64,000 bases of DNA from an uncultured Bacilli bacterium (lineage in GTDB: Bacteria; Bacillota_I; Bacilli_A; RFN20; CAG-826): assembly GCA_944375905.1 (NCBI GenBank), contig CALWAS010000001.1, forward strand, positions 1,540 through 65,539. Reading direction: 5' to 3'. Position numbers and translations under genes: made by a program. The notes beneath the pieces were generated by a model, which saw nothing but the letters and a program-made list of their open reading frames with translations, was not told the origin of the DNA and did no database searches. Each line of letters opens with the position of its first letter. Position 1 is the stretch's first letter. Positions 45,148 to 56,762 of this stretch are shown one piece after another.

Positions 45148-46536
45148 ATGCCAGAACTGCCGGAAGTAGAAACGGTTAGGAGGATGCTCGAAAACGAGGT
45201 CCTCGGGAAGAGGATCGAACACGTCGACGTCTTCCGCGACAAAAACGTCGTGACCGGGGCCGAAGAATTCAAGGAAGCGGTCAAGGGCAAGCGGATCGAA
45301 AAGATGGGAAGGGTCGGGAAATTCCTCATTTTCCACCTTTCGGGAGGACTCGCCCTCGTCTCCCATCTCCGGATGGAAGGCAAATACTACGACGGTTCCT
45401 ATGAAGATCCCGTTTCAAAGCACGAGATTCTCCGCTTCCGCTTCGAAGACGGAAGCCGCCTTTCCTATCTCGACACCAGGAAGTTTGGGGTCATCTACCT
45501 CAAGAAGGAAGACGAGCTCATGAGCGCTCCCCCGCTCACCGAAGTCGGGACCGAGCCGTGGGCCACCGATCCGGAAGCCCTCCTCAAGGCCTATCGGCGG
45601 AAGAAAGGGCCTCTCAAGGAAGCTCTTCTCGACCAGGGGATCATGTGCGGGCTTGGCAATATCTATGCGGACGAAGTGCTATACGCGACGGGGCTTCATC
45701 CTTTGAAAAGGTGCCCGACCCTAACCCTTGACGACGCCAAGCGGATCGTCGAGGAGTCGTCCCGCATCCTCAAAATGGCCATCGAGAACGGTGGCTCGAC
45801 GATTCGGAGCTACCACCCGAAAGAAGGCATGGATGGTAGAATGCAAAATGCCTTAAAGGCATACGGAATGGTTGGTCATCCCTGTGAGAGATGTTCCTTC
45901 CCCCTTGCCAAAATCCGCGTTGGCGGAAGGGGAACGACCTATTGCCCCCACTGCCAAAGGGACGAGGAACATCCATTCGTCGTCTCGGTAACCGGTCCCA
46001 TCGCAAGCGGAAAGAGCTCGGTTGGCCGTTATCTTGAGGCAAATGGGTTTCGGCGCATCGATCTCGACGAAGTGGTTCGCGAACTCTATCAAGACCCAGC
46101 GATTCTCGAAGAGGTCGACCGGATATTGGGGCTAAGCTCGAAAGAGAACGGGCTTGACCGCAAGGCCGCTCTCGAAATCCTCGCTAACGACCAAAAAAAG
46201 AAAAGCGAACTTGAGGCCTATATCCATCCTCTAGCCTATGAAAAAGCCATCGAGGAGGCGGCTAATAGCCACGCGGATAAACTCGTCTACGAAGTCCCCT
46301 TCTACCTCGGCTCGCCCATCGAAGAGATAACTAACTGCCTCATTTACGTGGAAGCGAGCCAAGAGAACAAGGAAAAGCGGATCCTCGAAAGGGGAAAGAA
46401 CCCCGAGGAAGCTTTGGCCCTAAATGGTTCCTACCCATGGCTTGAGGCAAAGGCGAAGGCCAATGTCGTCATTTCAACCAATGGTTCAATCGATGACCTC
46501 GTAGCAAAGCTTAAGGCCTACCAATACTTAGGATAA
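45148..46536 (+). CDS. mutM: fused formamidopyrimidine-DNA glycosylase (MutM/Fpg) and dephospho-CoA kinase (CoaE)
   Basis: Residues 1-270 form an Fpg module: MPELPEVETV... through Zn finger CERC...CPHCQ. After linker RDEEHPF a CoaE module begins, VVSVTGPIASGKSSVGRYL...IDLDEV. It is one uninterrupted 462 aa ORF. Confidence 0.85.
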   Translation: MPELPEVETVRRMLENEVLGKRIEHVDVFRDKNVVTGAEEFKEAVKGKRIEKMGRVGKFLIFHLSGGLALVSHLRMEGKYYDGSYEDPVSKHEILRFRFEDGSRLSYLDTRKFGVIYLKKEDELMSAPPLTEVGTEPWATDPEALLKAYRRKKGPLKEALLDQGIMCGLGNIYADEVLYATGLHPLKRCPTLTLDDAKRIVEESSRILKMAIENGGSTIRSYHPKEGMDGRMQNALKAYGMVGHPCERCSFPLAKIRVGGRGTTYCPHCQRDEEHPFVVSVTGPIASGKSSVGRYLEANGFRRIDLDEVVRELYQDPAILEEVDRILGLSSKENGLDRKAALEILANDQKKKSELEAYIHPLAYEKAIEEAANSHADKLVYEVPFYLGSPIEEITNCLIYVEASQENKEKRILERGKNPEEALALNGSYPWLEAKAKANVVISTNGSIDDLVAKLKAYQYLG

Positions 46537-46548
46537 ACATCGTCAATT

Positions 46549-46577
46549 AAAATGCCGCCAACGCGGCATTTTTTTAT
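46549..46577 (+). terminator. intrinsic terminator after mutM-coaE
   Basis: Stem ATGCCGC, loop CAAC, stem GCGGCAT, then TTTTTTT. Confidence 0.7.
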
Positions 46578-46711
46578 TTTGATATTAGAGGTGTCGAAAG
46601 AAGCAACAACGCAAAAAAGATCGAAAGATCAAATGCAGGTAAAACGGTTTTGCCATGTCGCTTCTAAGAGTCGGAAGCGATGGGCGGCACTTTCTTTCCA
46701 CACGGCTGAGG

Positions 46712-46752
46712 GAAAAAGAAAGCGGCTTTCAGGCAATAGCCCCTTAAGCCGC
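46712..46752 (-). terminator. intrinsic terminator after dnaI
   Basis: On the minus strand: AGCGGCTT, 16 nt loop, AAGCCGCT, then TTTCTTTTT. Confidence 0.5.
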
Positions 46753-46792
46753 TAGAAGAGCGAATGTTATCCAAATTGTTTAACAACGCTTT

Positions 46793-47692
46793 TTATTTAT
46801 TGTTATTAATATCGTATCTTTCAGTGATAATCACGTCTTTCCCGCAATTGGCGTTTAACAACTTCATTAACCTGGTTGCCACAATGCGGCCGGTCGCCGA
46901 GTTCGAATACAGCTGTTTGATCTCTTCGCGCGAATAGGAAGAGATGAAAAACGTCGGAAGCTTTCGATTTGATCGACTCGATAATAGCGGCATCAATATC
47001 GTGTCGCGGACATAGTCGCTTTTGAACTCGTCCCCGAACGAATCGAGGAAGAGAATCTCCACGTTTTGAAGCTGACCCAGGCTTGCTTCGAAGGCAACGC
47101 GGTCCTTAATTGCCGTCCCTTTAAGCTCATCGAATCTTTTCACCGTGTCAATGAAAGCTACTTTTTTCTTAAATGAAGCCCCGGCAAGATTCTTGGCGAG
47201 GCTAAAGCTCAGGAAGCTTTTCCCGGTGCCGGCTTCCCCCGTCACGTAGACCCATGGCTTTCCGCCTTTTAAGAAGGTTCCAAGCCCCGATTCGTATAGG
47301 GAACGGGCCCGTTCGCTGATCTTCTCGTCGGCCTCCATCCAATCGTCAGGAACGTCATGGTAAATGAGATTGAGCTTCACGAGCTCCTCGTTTTGGGCGC
47401 GCACGCACGGCCCGGTGCGCAGCTTAAGCGCTCCGTCTTCGTCGCGGATGACCTCCGTTACGTAACGTGGCAATTCGGCGTTGCATTTCTTGAGTCCGGG
47501 GCAGGAAGAGCAGGCAAGGAGGCTTTCGTAGAAACGCGAAAGGATCGGGAGCTGCTCCTTGCTTTCCTCGTAGGAAACGTCAAGCTCCTGCATTTTTCGG
47601 GCAAATGGCTTGTTCGCCCACATCTCATCGAGGAGCGAGTGCCCGTTTCCGGCGACCCTCAGAGAGTCTATTTCTTTCGATAATTCCTTCAT
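46793..47692 (-). CDS. dnaI: primosomal helicase loader DnaI
   Basis: 299 aa with an AAA+ Walker A GEAGTGKSFLS and Walker B ILFLDSFGDE. An N-terminal Cys cluster is present. It is adjacent to dnaB as in Bacillus. Confidence 0.85.
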   Translation of the reverse strand: MKELSKEIDSLRVAGNGHSLLDEMWANKPFARKMQELDVSYEESKEQLPILSRFYESLLACSSCPGLKKCNAELPRYVTEVIRDEDGALKLRTGPCVRAQNEELVKLNLIYHDVPDDWMEADEKISERARSLYESGLGTFLKGGKPWVYVTGEAGTGKSFLSFSLAKNLAGASFKKKVAFIDTVKRFDELKGTAIKDRVAFEASLGQLQNVEILFLDSFGDEFKSDYVRDTILMPLLSSRSNRKLPTFFISSYSREEIKQLYSNSATGRIVATRLMKLLNANCGKDVIITERYDINNNK

Positions 47693-47694
47693 AA

Positions 47695-50052
<2,358 letters not shown>

Positions 50053-50066
50053 GGAGAGTCTTAGCG

Positions 50067-51524
50067 ATGGAACTCCACGTCGACAAGAAAACGAAGATCG
50101 TCTGCACGATCGGCCCGGCTTCGGACACCAAGGAGATGATCCTCAAGCTCTATCGGGCTGGCATGAACGTCATGCGGGTCAATTTCTCGCACGGAACCCA
50201 CGAAGAGCAGCTTAGGAAGCTCGAGATCGCCCGCGAACTCGAGAAGGAAAAGGGCATCTTCATTCCCGTCGCCCTCGACACCAAGGGACCGGAAATCCGG
50301 ACCGGGATGATGGAAAACGGGAAGGTTGACGTCCATAAGGGACAGCGGATGCGCATCACTTCCAAGAAATGCCTTGGAAACGCCGAGCGCTTCTATTGCA
50401 CCTACGAAGGGCTTTACGACGACGTGAAGGTCGGCGACCTCATCCTCATCGACGACGGAAACCTCGAGATGGTCGTCGTCGGCAAGGACGAGAAAGAGCG
50501 CGAAATCATCGTCGAGGCCCAAAACGAGCATTACATCAAGGACCAGAAGGGGATGAACGCCCCATCGACCCGCCTTTCGATGCCCTTCATTTCCGAACAG
50601 GACGAGAAAGACCTCCGCTTCGGCTGCGAACACGACGTCGACGCGGTCTTCGCCTCCTTCGTCCGCCGTCCGGAAGACATCCGCGACCTCAAGGCGACCC
50701 TTGCCAAGTACGGCAATCCGTCGATCCCGGTCTTCGCCAAGATCGAGAACCCGGAAGGGGTCGAGAAGATCGAGGACATAATCCGGGCCGCCGACGGCAT
50801 CATGGTCGCCCGCGGCGACCTCGGGGACGAAGTCCCGCCCGAGCAGGTCCCGCTCATCCAGCGCCGCATCATCAAGATGTGCCGGAAGCTCGGGAAGCCG
50901 GTCATCACCGCTACCCAGATGCTCGATTCGATGACCACCCACCCGCGCCCGACGCGAGCCGAGGTCAGCGACGTCGCGACTGCCATCGACGAAAGCAGCG
51001 ACTGCGTCATGCTCTCGGGCGAAAGCGCCTCGGGCCTTTACCCGGTCCAGGCCGTCGAGATGCAGGCGAAGATCGCCCGGGCGATGGAAGAGGAGCTTCC
51101 TTACGAGGAACTCTCCCGCCAAGCCTTCGATACCTCCGAGCACACGATCAACGACGCCATTGCCAATTCCATCGCGAATACCGCCCTCCTCATCGGGGCC
51201 AAGCTCATCGTCAACTTCACCCAGACCGGAAATTCGACGAAGCGCATTTCCAAGTCGCGGCCCTGCTGCCCGATCGTGAGCGTCACCTGCTCTAGGAAGG
51301 CGTGCCTCGAAAGCGCCTGGCTCTGGGGCGTCTACAGCGTCCTCATCAAGACGTCGATGCCCGACTTCATCGAGGAGATGGAAGTCCTCGCCCTCAAGAT
51401 CGCCCGCGACCTTGGCCTTGCGGCCGGCACCCCGATCATCATCGCCGGCGGCACCCCGACCGGCGCCGGGCGCACCAACTTCATGCGCATCGTGAACGTC
51501 AACTCGATAAAGGACCTCGACTGA
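50067..51524 (+). CDS. pyk: pyruvate kinase
   Basis: MRVNFSHGTHEE, TKGPEIRTG, MVARGDLG. 485 aa. Confidence 0.93.
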   Translation: MELHVDKKTKIVCTIGPASDTKEMILKLYRAGMNVMRVNFSHGTHEEQLRKLEIARELEKEKGIFIPVALDTKGPEIRTGMMENGKVDVHKGQRMRITSKKCLGNAERFYCTYEGLYDDVKVGDLILIDDGNLEMVVVGKDEKEREIIVEAQNEHYIKDQKGMNAPSTRLSMPFISEQDEKDLRFGCEHDVDAVFASFVRRPEDIRDLKATLAKYGNPSIPVFAKIENPEGVEKIEDIIRAADGIMVARGDLGDEVPPEQVPLIQRRIIKMCRKLGKPVITATQMLDSMTTHPRPTRAEVSDVATAIDESSDCVMLSGESASGLYPVQAVEMQAKIARAMEEELPYEELSRQAFDTSEHTINDAIANSIANTALLIGAKLIVNFTQTGNSTKRISKSRPCCPIVSVTCSRKACLESAWLWGVYSVLIKTSMPDFIEEMEVLALKIARDLGLAAGTPIIIAGGTPTGAGRTNFMRIVNVNSIKDLD

Positions 51525-52363
51525 TGGGACTTGTATTGGCACTCGACATCGGCGGCACCAACACCAGGGCTGCCTTAGTAGACGAGAATTACGACATCAA
51601 GGGCATCGAGATTCGCCCGACCATCCGGGGAGACCGCGAAGCTTTCCTCGAAAACATCAAGAAGACGATCGAGATGCTCGGGGACGACGTTAAGGACGTC
51701 AAGGCCATTGCCGGCGGCGTCCCGGGACGGGTTCGCTACGACGGCTATGTCTATGCCCTTCCCAACGTCGGGGTTAGCGAGATCCCGATTGCCGAATACC
51801 TCGCGAAGGAGTTCGGAAAGCCTAGTTACATCATCAACGATGCCGAGGCGGCCGTCCTCGGGGAAGCGAACATCGGGAGCTGGAAGGAGCTTCCTTCCCT
51901 CTTCTTCATCACGGTGTCGACCGGGGTCGGGGCCGCGCTCGCGAGAAACGGCAAGCTGCTCTCCTCTTCCTACGAGGCCGGGCATACCCTCATCCCCTAC
52001 CAAGGACGCCTCTATGAATTCGAGCGTCTATGCTCGGGCGAGGGGCTGAAGCGCCTTTCCGCCCTGAACGGGCTATCGGTCGAAAGCGCGAAGGATTTCT
52101 TCGCCCTCGTAAGCGGCAAGAATCCCTTGGCCCTCAAGGTCTACGAGGACTGGCTCGAACTCTTCGGGAAGTGGTTCAGGATGCTAAACGATTCCTTTGC
52201 CCCCTCCGCCTTCGTCCTCACCGGCGGGGTCATGAAGAGCGAGAACGTCTTCTTTGCCGATCTAAGGAAGGCGGCTGCCCCGTCGCGTCTCGAGAAGTGC
52301 GCCCTCGGGCAGGAAGCCGGGCTCCTCGGAGCCGCGGCCTACGCCTGGCAAATGGCCAAGTAA
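51524..52363 (+). CDS. ROK-family sugar kinase (glucokinase-like)
   Basis: MGLVLALDIGGTNTRAALV is the ATP-binding N-terminus. The start overlaps the pyk stop (TGATG). The track start at 51302 lies out of frame inside pyk. Confidence 0.8.
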   Translation: MGLVLALDIGGTNTRAALVDENYDIKGIEIRPTIRGDREAFLENIKKTIEMLGDDVKDVKAIAGGVPGRVRYDGYVYALPNVGVSEIPIAEYLAKEFGKPSYIINDAEAAVLGEANIGSWKELPSLFFITVSTGVGAALARNGKLLSSSYEAGHTLIPYQGRLYEFERLCSGEGLKRLSALNGLSVESAKDFFALVSGKNPLALKVYEDWLELFGKWFRMLNDSFAPSAFVLTGGVMKSENVFFADLRKAAAPSRLEKCALGQEAGLLGAAAYAWQMAK

Positions 52364-52384
52364 GGCCGGAAAGCGAAAAGACGG

Positions 52385-52408
52385 GCCCTCCGCGAGGAGG
52401 GCTTTTCT
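52385..52408 (+). terminator. intrinsic terminator after the glycolytic operon
   Basis: Stem GCCCTCC, loop GCGA, stem GGAGGGC, then TTTTCT. Confidence 0.65.
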
Positions 52409-52409
52409 G

Positions 52410-52437
52410 TTGACTTTCATGGCGCCGAGGCTATTCT
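52410..52437 (+). promoter_or_regulatory. candidate thrS promoter
   Basis: TTGACT, 16 nt spacer, TATTCT. Confidence 0.5.
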
Positions 52438-52443
52438 AAGGGC

Positions 52444-52628
52444 GGCTAAGAAGGAGACACGCCTCTTCGATCGATAGACGAGGGGGTACCACTCCGGAGC
52501 CGCTCCCCGAAATAAGGGAAGCGTACCCCCAGCGCGTTAAGCGGGGAAAGAGCAAGCGCATTGGCTTGAATTGAGGTGGTACCGCGCGGAAGCGTCCTCA
52601 ACGGACGATTTCGCGTTTTTCTTTTTTA
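52444..52628 (+). promoter_or_regulatory. T-box leader (tRNA-sensing attenuator) of thrS
   Basis: The conserved T-box sequence AATTGAGGTGGTACCGCG lies at 52569..52586. It overlaps terminator stem CGCGCGGAAGCGTCC / GGACGATTTCGCG followed by a T-run (52616..52627). A possible Thr specifier is ACC within GGUACCACU. Confidence 0.8.
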
Positions 52629-52639
52629 GGAGGATTGCC

Positions 52640-54547
52640 ATGAAAGTCATCTACGAAGGGAAGGAAGTCGAGCTCGAAGAAGGGGCCAACGGCTTCGCCC
52701 TCATGAAGAAAGCCGACGAGGAAAACAAGAAAAAGGACATCGCCTACAAGGTCGATGACGAGGAATTCGACCTTTCCGCCCCGCTTCCGGAAGGGAAGGA
52801 AGTCTCCTTCATCCGAATCGGGAGCCCGGAGGCCTTCGAGATCCTCAACCACTCCACGAGCCACCTCATGGCGGAAGCCATCCGCCATCTCTATCCGGAA
52901 GCGAAGTTCGGCTTCGGCCCGGCCATCGAGGAAGGCTTCTATTACGACGTCGATTTCGGCGACGCCGTCATCAAGGAAGAGGACCTTCCGAAGATCGAGG
53001 CCGAGATGAAGCGCCTCGCCAAGGAAGAGAACAAGTTCGTCCGGAAGGAAGTAAGCGCCGCGGAGGCGATGGAAGTCTTCAAGGACAACCCCTACAAGCA
53101 AGAGCTCATCAAGGAGCATGCCGCGGAGGGCATTTCCCTTTACACCCAAGGCTCGTTCACCGATCTCTGCAAGGGCATCCACCTACCCTCTACTTCCTAC
53201 ATCAAGCACTTCAAGCTCCTTTCCCTCGCCGGCGCCTATTGGCGGGGCGATAGCAAGAACAAGCAACTCACCCGCATCTACGGGACTTCGTGGTGGACGG
53301 CCGAGGAACTCGCGAGCTACCTCGAGATCCTCGAGAAGCGCAAGAAGAACGACCACCGTCGCCTTGGAAAGGAACTCGGCCTCTTCTTCATCAGCGACTA
53401 CGGCCCGGGCTTCCCTTTCTTCCTTCCGAACGGGATGAAGCTCAAGAACGCCCTCCTCGACTACTGGCATGAGGTCCACCGCCGGCACGGCTATCTCGAG
53501 ATCGAGACCCCGACGATGCTCTCGCGCGAGCTTTGGGAAACCTCGGGGCACTGGGACCACTACAAAGAGAACATGTACACGACGAAGATCGACGACAAGG
53601 ACTTCGCGATCAAGCCGATGAACTGCCCGGGCGCCCTCGTCACCTACAACCAGTCGCTCCATAGCTACAAGGAACTGCCGATCCGCTACGCGGAGCTCGG
53701 CCACGTCCACCGCCACGAGGCTTCCGGGGCCCTCAACGGTCTCTTCCGTGTCCGGGCCTTCACGCAGGACGATGCCCACATCTTCATCCGCGAGGATCAG
53801 ATCGAAAGCGAGGTCGGTGAGATCATCTCCCTCCTCGACGAGGTCTATAAGACCTTCGGGCTCACCTACAAGATCGTCCTCTCGACCCGTCCGGAAAGCG
53901 ACTACATCGGAACCGTCGAGTTCTGGGACAAGGCCGAGAAGGCCCTTGGCAAGGCCTGCATCGATGCCGGCCACCCCTACACGATCAACCCGGGCGACGG
54001 CGCCTTCTACGGGCCGAAGCTCGACTTCAAGCTTCGCGACTCGATGGGCCGCACCTGGCAGTGCGGGACCATCCAGCTCGACCTCAATCTCCCGCACCGC
54101 TTCGGCTGTTTCTACATCGATGAGCACGGGGAGAAGAAGGAGCCGGTCATGCTTCACCGCGTCGCCTTCGGCTCGGTCGAGCGTTTCATCGGTATCATCA
54201 CCGAGAACTACGGCGGGGCCTTCCCGACGTGGCTTGCCCCGATCCAGCTCGACGTGATCCCGGTCAATGCGGCAGCCCATGGCGATTACGCGAAGGAAAT
54301 CGCCGATTGCCTCTTTAATCGCGGCGTGAGGGTCCGCCTCCTAGACGGGGAGGACAAGCTCGGCTACCGCCTCCGGCAGTCGATCACCATGAAGGTCCCA
54401 CTGGCTCTCGTCCTTGGGGAAAAGGAGAAGGAGGCCAGGACCGTCAACCTCCGGCGGCTCGGGAGCGAAAAGGGCATCGCGATGGGGCTCGACGACTTCT
54501 ATTCCCTCCTCGAAAGGGAAATAAAGGAGCGGAAGGCGGCCATCTAG
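52640..54547 (+). CDS. thrS: threonyl-tRNA synthetase
   Basis: Start MKVIYEGKEV follows SD TAGGAGGA. TGS domain, editing domain and class II core motifs are present (HRHEASGALNGLFRVRAFTQDDAHIF). Confidence 0.93.
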   Translation: MKVIYEGKEVELEEGANGFALMKKADEENKKKDIAYKVDDEEFDLSAPLPEGKEVSFIRIGSPEAFEILNHSTSHLMAEAIRHLYPEAKFGFGPAIEEGFYYDVDFGDAVIKEEDLPKIEAEMKRLAKEENKFVRKEVSAAEAMEVFKDNPYKQELIKEHAAEGISLYTQGSFTDLCKGIHLPSTSYIKHFKLLSLAGAYWRGDSKNKQLTRIYGTSWWTAEELASYLEILEKRKKNDHRRLGKELGLFFISDYGPGFPFFLPNGMKLKNALLDYWHEVHRRHGYLEIETPTMLSRELWETSGHWDHYKENMYTTKIDDKDFAIKPMNCPGALVTYNQSLHSYKELPIRYAELGHVHRHEASGALNGLFRVRAFTQDDAHIFIREDQIESEVGEIISLLDEVYKTFGLTYKIVLSTRPESDYIGTVEFWDKAEKALGKACIDAGHPYTINPGDGAFYGPKLDFKLRDSMGRTWQCGTIQLDLNLPHRFGCFYIDEHGEKKEPVMLHRVAFGSVERFIGIITENYGGAFPTWLAPIQLDVIPVNAAAHGDYAKEIADCLFNRGVRVRLLDGEDKLGYRLRQSITMKVPLALVLGEKEKEARTVNLRRLGSEKGIAMGLDDFYSLLEREIKERKAAI

Positions 54548-54578
54548 CCCCTTGCCTACGACGGCTGGACAGGAATTT

Positions 54579-54618
54579 GGCGTTTGGAAGGATCGTTGGC
54601 CTTTCCGGACGCCTTTTT
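54579..54618 (+). terminator. candidate intrinsic terminator after thrS
   Basis: GGCGT...(imperfect inner stem GGAAGG/CCTTTCC)...ACGCC followed by TTTTT. Confidence 0.45.
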
Positions 54619-55043
54619 CCTTTCTTTGCTTCTTTTTGGGCACGTTTCCGTTTCGCCGCCCATATACGGGCGAAGGAGGCTTGGCCCATGGCCTTTCTTC
54701 CTAGGTTGCGCCTGGAAAGAAGCCATTCGGAAAGGAGGCATCTTGGCAATGTGATTCGTCCTCCTCGTCCTGGCCCTGGCCGAAGGACTGGTGAGCGAAT
54801 GAAAAAGAGGCAAGGAAGCCTTCCATCTTCAACCCGCCGCCCGGATAGCGCTCCTTAAACCCGGCGTAACCCCGGGGGCTCTCCTAGCGGGCTCGCCGGT
54901 CCCGCTCAGCAACGCCAAAAGAAAGGAAGGCGTCGCATTCCTTCCTCTGTAATTGCTTTGGGAAGGGCGCCATTCTGCTGCGCGGAAATTTCTGCACTGC
55001 TCAAGATATCGATCAACGATTCCCTTTTTCCGTCTGGGTATAT

Positions 55044-55057
55044 TGAAAGCGGTTACA
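55044..55057. promoter_or_regulatory. second perfect cre box, identical to the one at 29240
   Basis: TGAAAGCGGTTACA lies 64 bp upstream of the lipoprotein gene at 55121. The shared 16-mer is ATTGAAAGCGGTTACA. Confidence 0.55.
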
Positions 55058-55120
55058 GTGTCTTCGTTGACGTCCGGCAGGCCAATCGGCGGTTTGCCTC
55101 TTGGGCGAGAAAGGGCAAGC

Positions 55121-55966
55121 ATGGGCATAAGGAAGAGGGCAATGCCGATTCTAGCCGTTCTTGGAATCCTCCTTTCGTCGTGCTCAATGGATGAAAAAAC
55201 AAGCACCTACCCGCCGTTCTTTTCCGATTTCTACTACCAGCCGACTGTTTCTTCGCCTTCGCCCCTGCCCCTATCGCTTCCCGACTCCGATGCCTATCTC
55301 GAGACGGCCCGCACCGTCGTCGCCAGCTTGATCGGCATCGAGCCGGAGATCGCATCCTTCCCCGAGGGCGAAATCAACGCCATGGGCCCTTTGCCGCTCG
55401 ATGAGGGCAACTTTTCTTACAAGAAAGACATACCTCCTTTATCTTCGACGACCATTTCCTTTGGAAAGCTTGGCATCTACTCGTATTTCCGTGCCGAGAT
55501 CGTAGCGAAGGGAGATGGCTTCTTTCCCCTTCGCAAAGGGAAAGGGAACCTCCTCCTCGTCGAGTATTTCGACGGAGACCGCGACTTCCTCTTCGACATG
55601 AGCGTGGGCGAGGTACCGATTCCAAGCCCCTATGGAAAGCTCCTCCTACTTTATAGCGAGGACGAAGCCCTCTTCCTCCTTGGAGACAGCGAAAGGCTCT
55701 CGCTAGGCGGCGCCCTCTTCTTCGCCGAGCGGCGGATCCTTCCCCTCCCTTACGAGATAGAGGCCGAATACGATCCGAACGAAAGGTGGCTTTTCCCGCT
55801 CTCGTTCGTCTTCCGGGACGCCGAGACGGGGGAACGGACGGAAGTAGAAGGCGACAGCGCCTTCTCGATCAGGCGGATCGAGTTCTCGCGCGTGACGAGC
55901 TCCGCGGAGGCCGACTACCCGATCATCGACCTCAATGCGATCCGGAGGGAAAACCAAAATGCGTAG
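55121..55966 (+). CDS. hypothetical lipoprotein
   Basis: MGIRKRAMPILAVLGILLSSC carries a lipobox, and SD-like AAAGGG is present. The track start at 54953 is over-extended. Confidence 0.7.
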   Translation: MGIRKRAMPILAVLGILLSSCSMDEKTSTYPPFFSDFYYQPTVSSPSPLPLSLPDSDAYLETARTVVASLIGIEPEIASFPEGEINAMGPLPLDEGNFSYKKDIPPLSSTTISFGKLGIYSYFRAEIVAKGDGFFPLRKGKGNLLLVEYFDGDRDFLFDMSVGEVPIPSPYGKLLLLYSEDEALFLLGDSERLSLGGALFFAERRILPLPYEIEAEYDPNERWLFPLSFVFRDAETGERTEVEGDSAFSIRRIEFSRVTSSAEADYPIIDLNAIRRENQNA

Positions 55967-56762
55967 CAAAAGCCTTCCGCTTTTCCTTCTCCTCGCGTTT
56001 GCCCTCCTTTCGTGCGGCGAGACGGGCGAAAGGAGGGCCAATCCCGTCTTTGCCTATGCCTATGGCGGAAGTTCCTACTCCTTGGCGCGCGACGTCTATC
56101 TCTCCCTGGCCCTCGAGAATCCATCGCTGAGCGGGAGCTTGCCCCCGGAATCCTTCCCGGAGCAAGACCCCTACCCCTTGCCCTACGAGGCCAAAACGAG
56201 GCATGTCTACAGCTATTACACCCGTTATTGCGGCGAATGGGAGAACATCATCTACGAAGATGCCTATTCTTTTTCCCTCATGCTCGACGAGTCCTCAGCT
56301 TGGGCCCCGTCGATGGGCTACCTCGAGTCGAAGGAGGTTTCGGGCGTCCTCCTTTTTGCCCATATCGACCCGAACAACGGCCTAGGGGCCGAGGCCTACG
56401 ACTTCTTTCTCCTCTTCCTCTTCGACGGGGAAAGTCTATTAGCCATGGCTGGGAATCAATTCGGTTCCGGCAAGACGCGATACGGCACCTACCGGGCGTT
56501 GAGCCAAACCTTTGCCCGGGTGGCGGCCGCTCCATATGTATCTCCCTACGTGGGGGCCAATTTCACTTTCTCGAAAGATGTTTCCTCCCTTAGTGCCTAT
56601 TTCTTGGCCGACTACGAAAGCGCCTCGGGGAAAGAACAAACCGCGCCCTATGGATCGTGTGTCTTCTCGGTTTCCTCCCCCACTGAGCTAAACGTCCCGC
56701 AAGAGGGGCTCGGGAAAAGCGCTTTCGACTACTGCGGCAAGGATGCCTGCCCGGCCGTGTGA
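55959..56762 (+). CDS. hypothetical lipoprotein (distant paralogue of 59926..60897)
   Basis: MRSKSLPLFLLLAFALLSC carries a lipobox, with SD GGAGGG 9 nt upstream. It overlaps the upstream gene by 8 bp. Confidence 0.7.
   Translation: MRSKSLPLFLLLAFALLSCGETGERRANPVFAYAYGGSSYSLARDVYLSLALENPSLSGSLPPESFPEQDPYPLPYEAKTRHVYSYYTRYCGEWENIIYEDAYSFSLMLDESSAWAPSMGYLESKEVSGVLLFAHIDPNNGLGAEAYDFFLLFLFDGESLLAMAGNQFGSGKTRYGTYRALSQTFARVAAAPYVSPYVGANFTFSKDVSSLSAYFLADYESASGKEQTAPYGSCVFSVSSPTELNVPQEGLGKSAFDYCGKDACPAV

Noticed and set aside
50061-51542. 493 aa minus-strand ORF covering the whole of pyk. Similar long antisense or off-frame ORFs include 53183..54280, 59049..60011, 59860..60966, 44373..45383, 41071..41715, 33475..34542, 26943..27770, 27798..28637, 23828..24424, 23941..24591, 50369..51295 and 37983..38738.
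   Set aside because: Their composition (Arg/Gly/Asp/Ala/Pro/Val-rich, no motifs) is typical of antisense frames of high-GC3 genes. In each case the opposite or other frame carries unmistakable family motifs.
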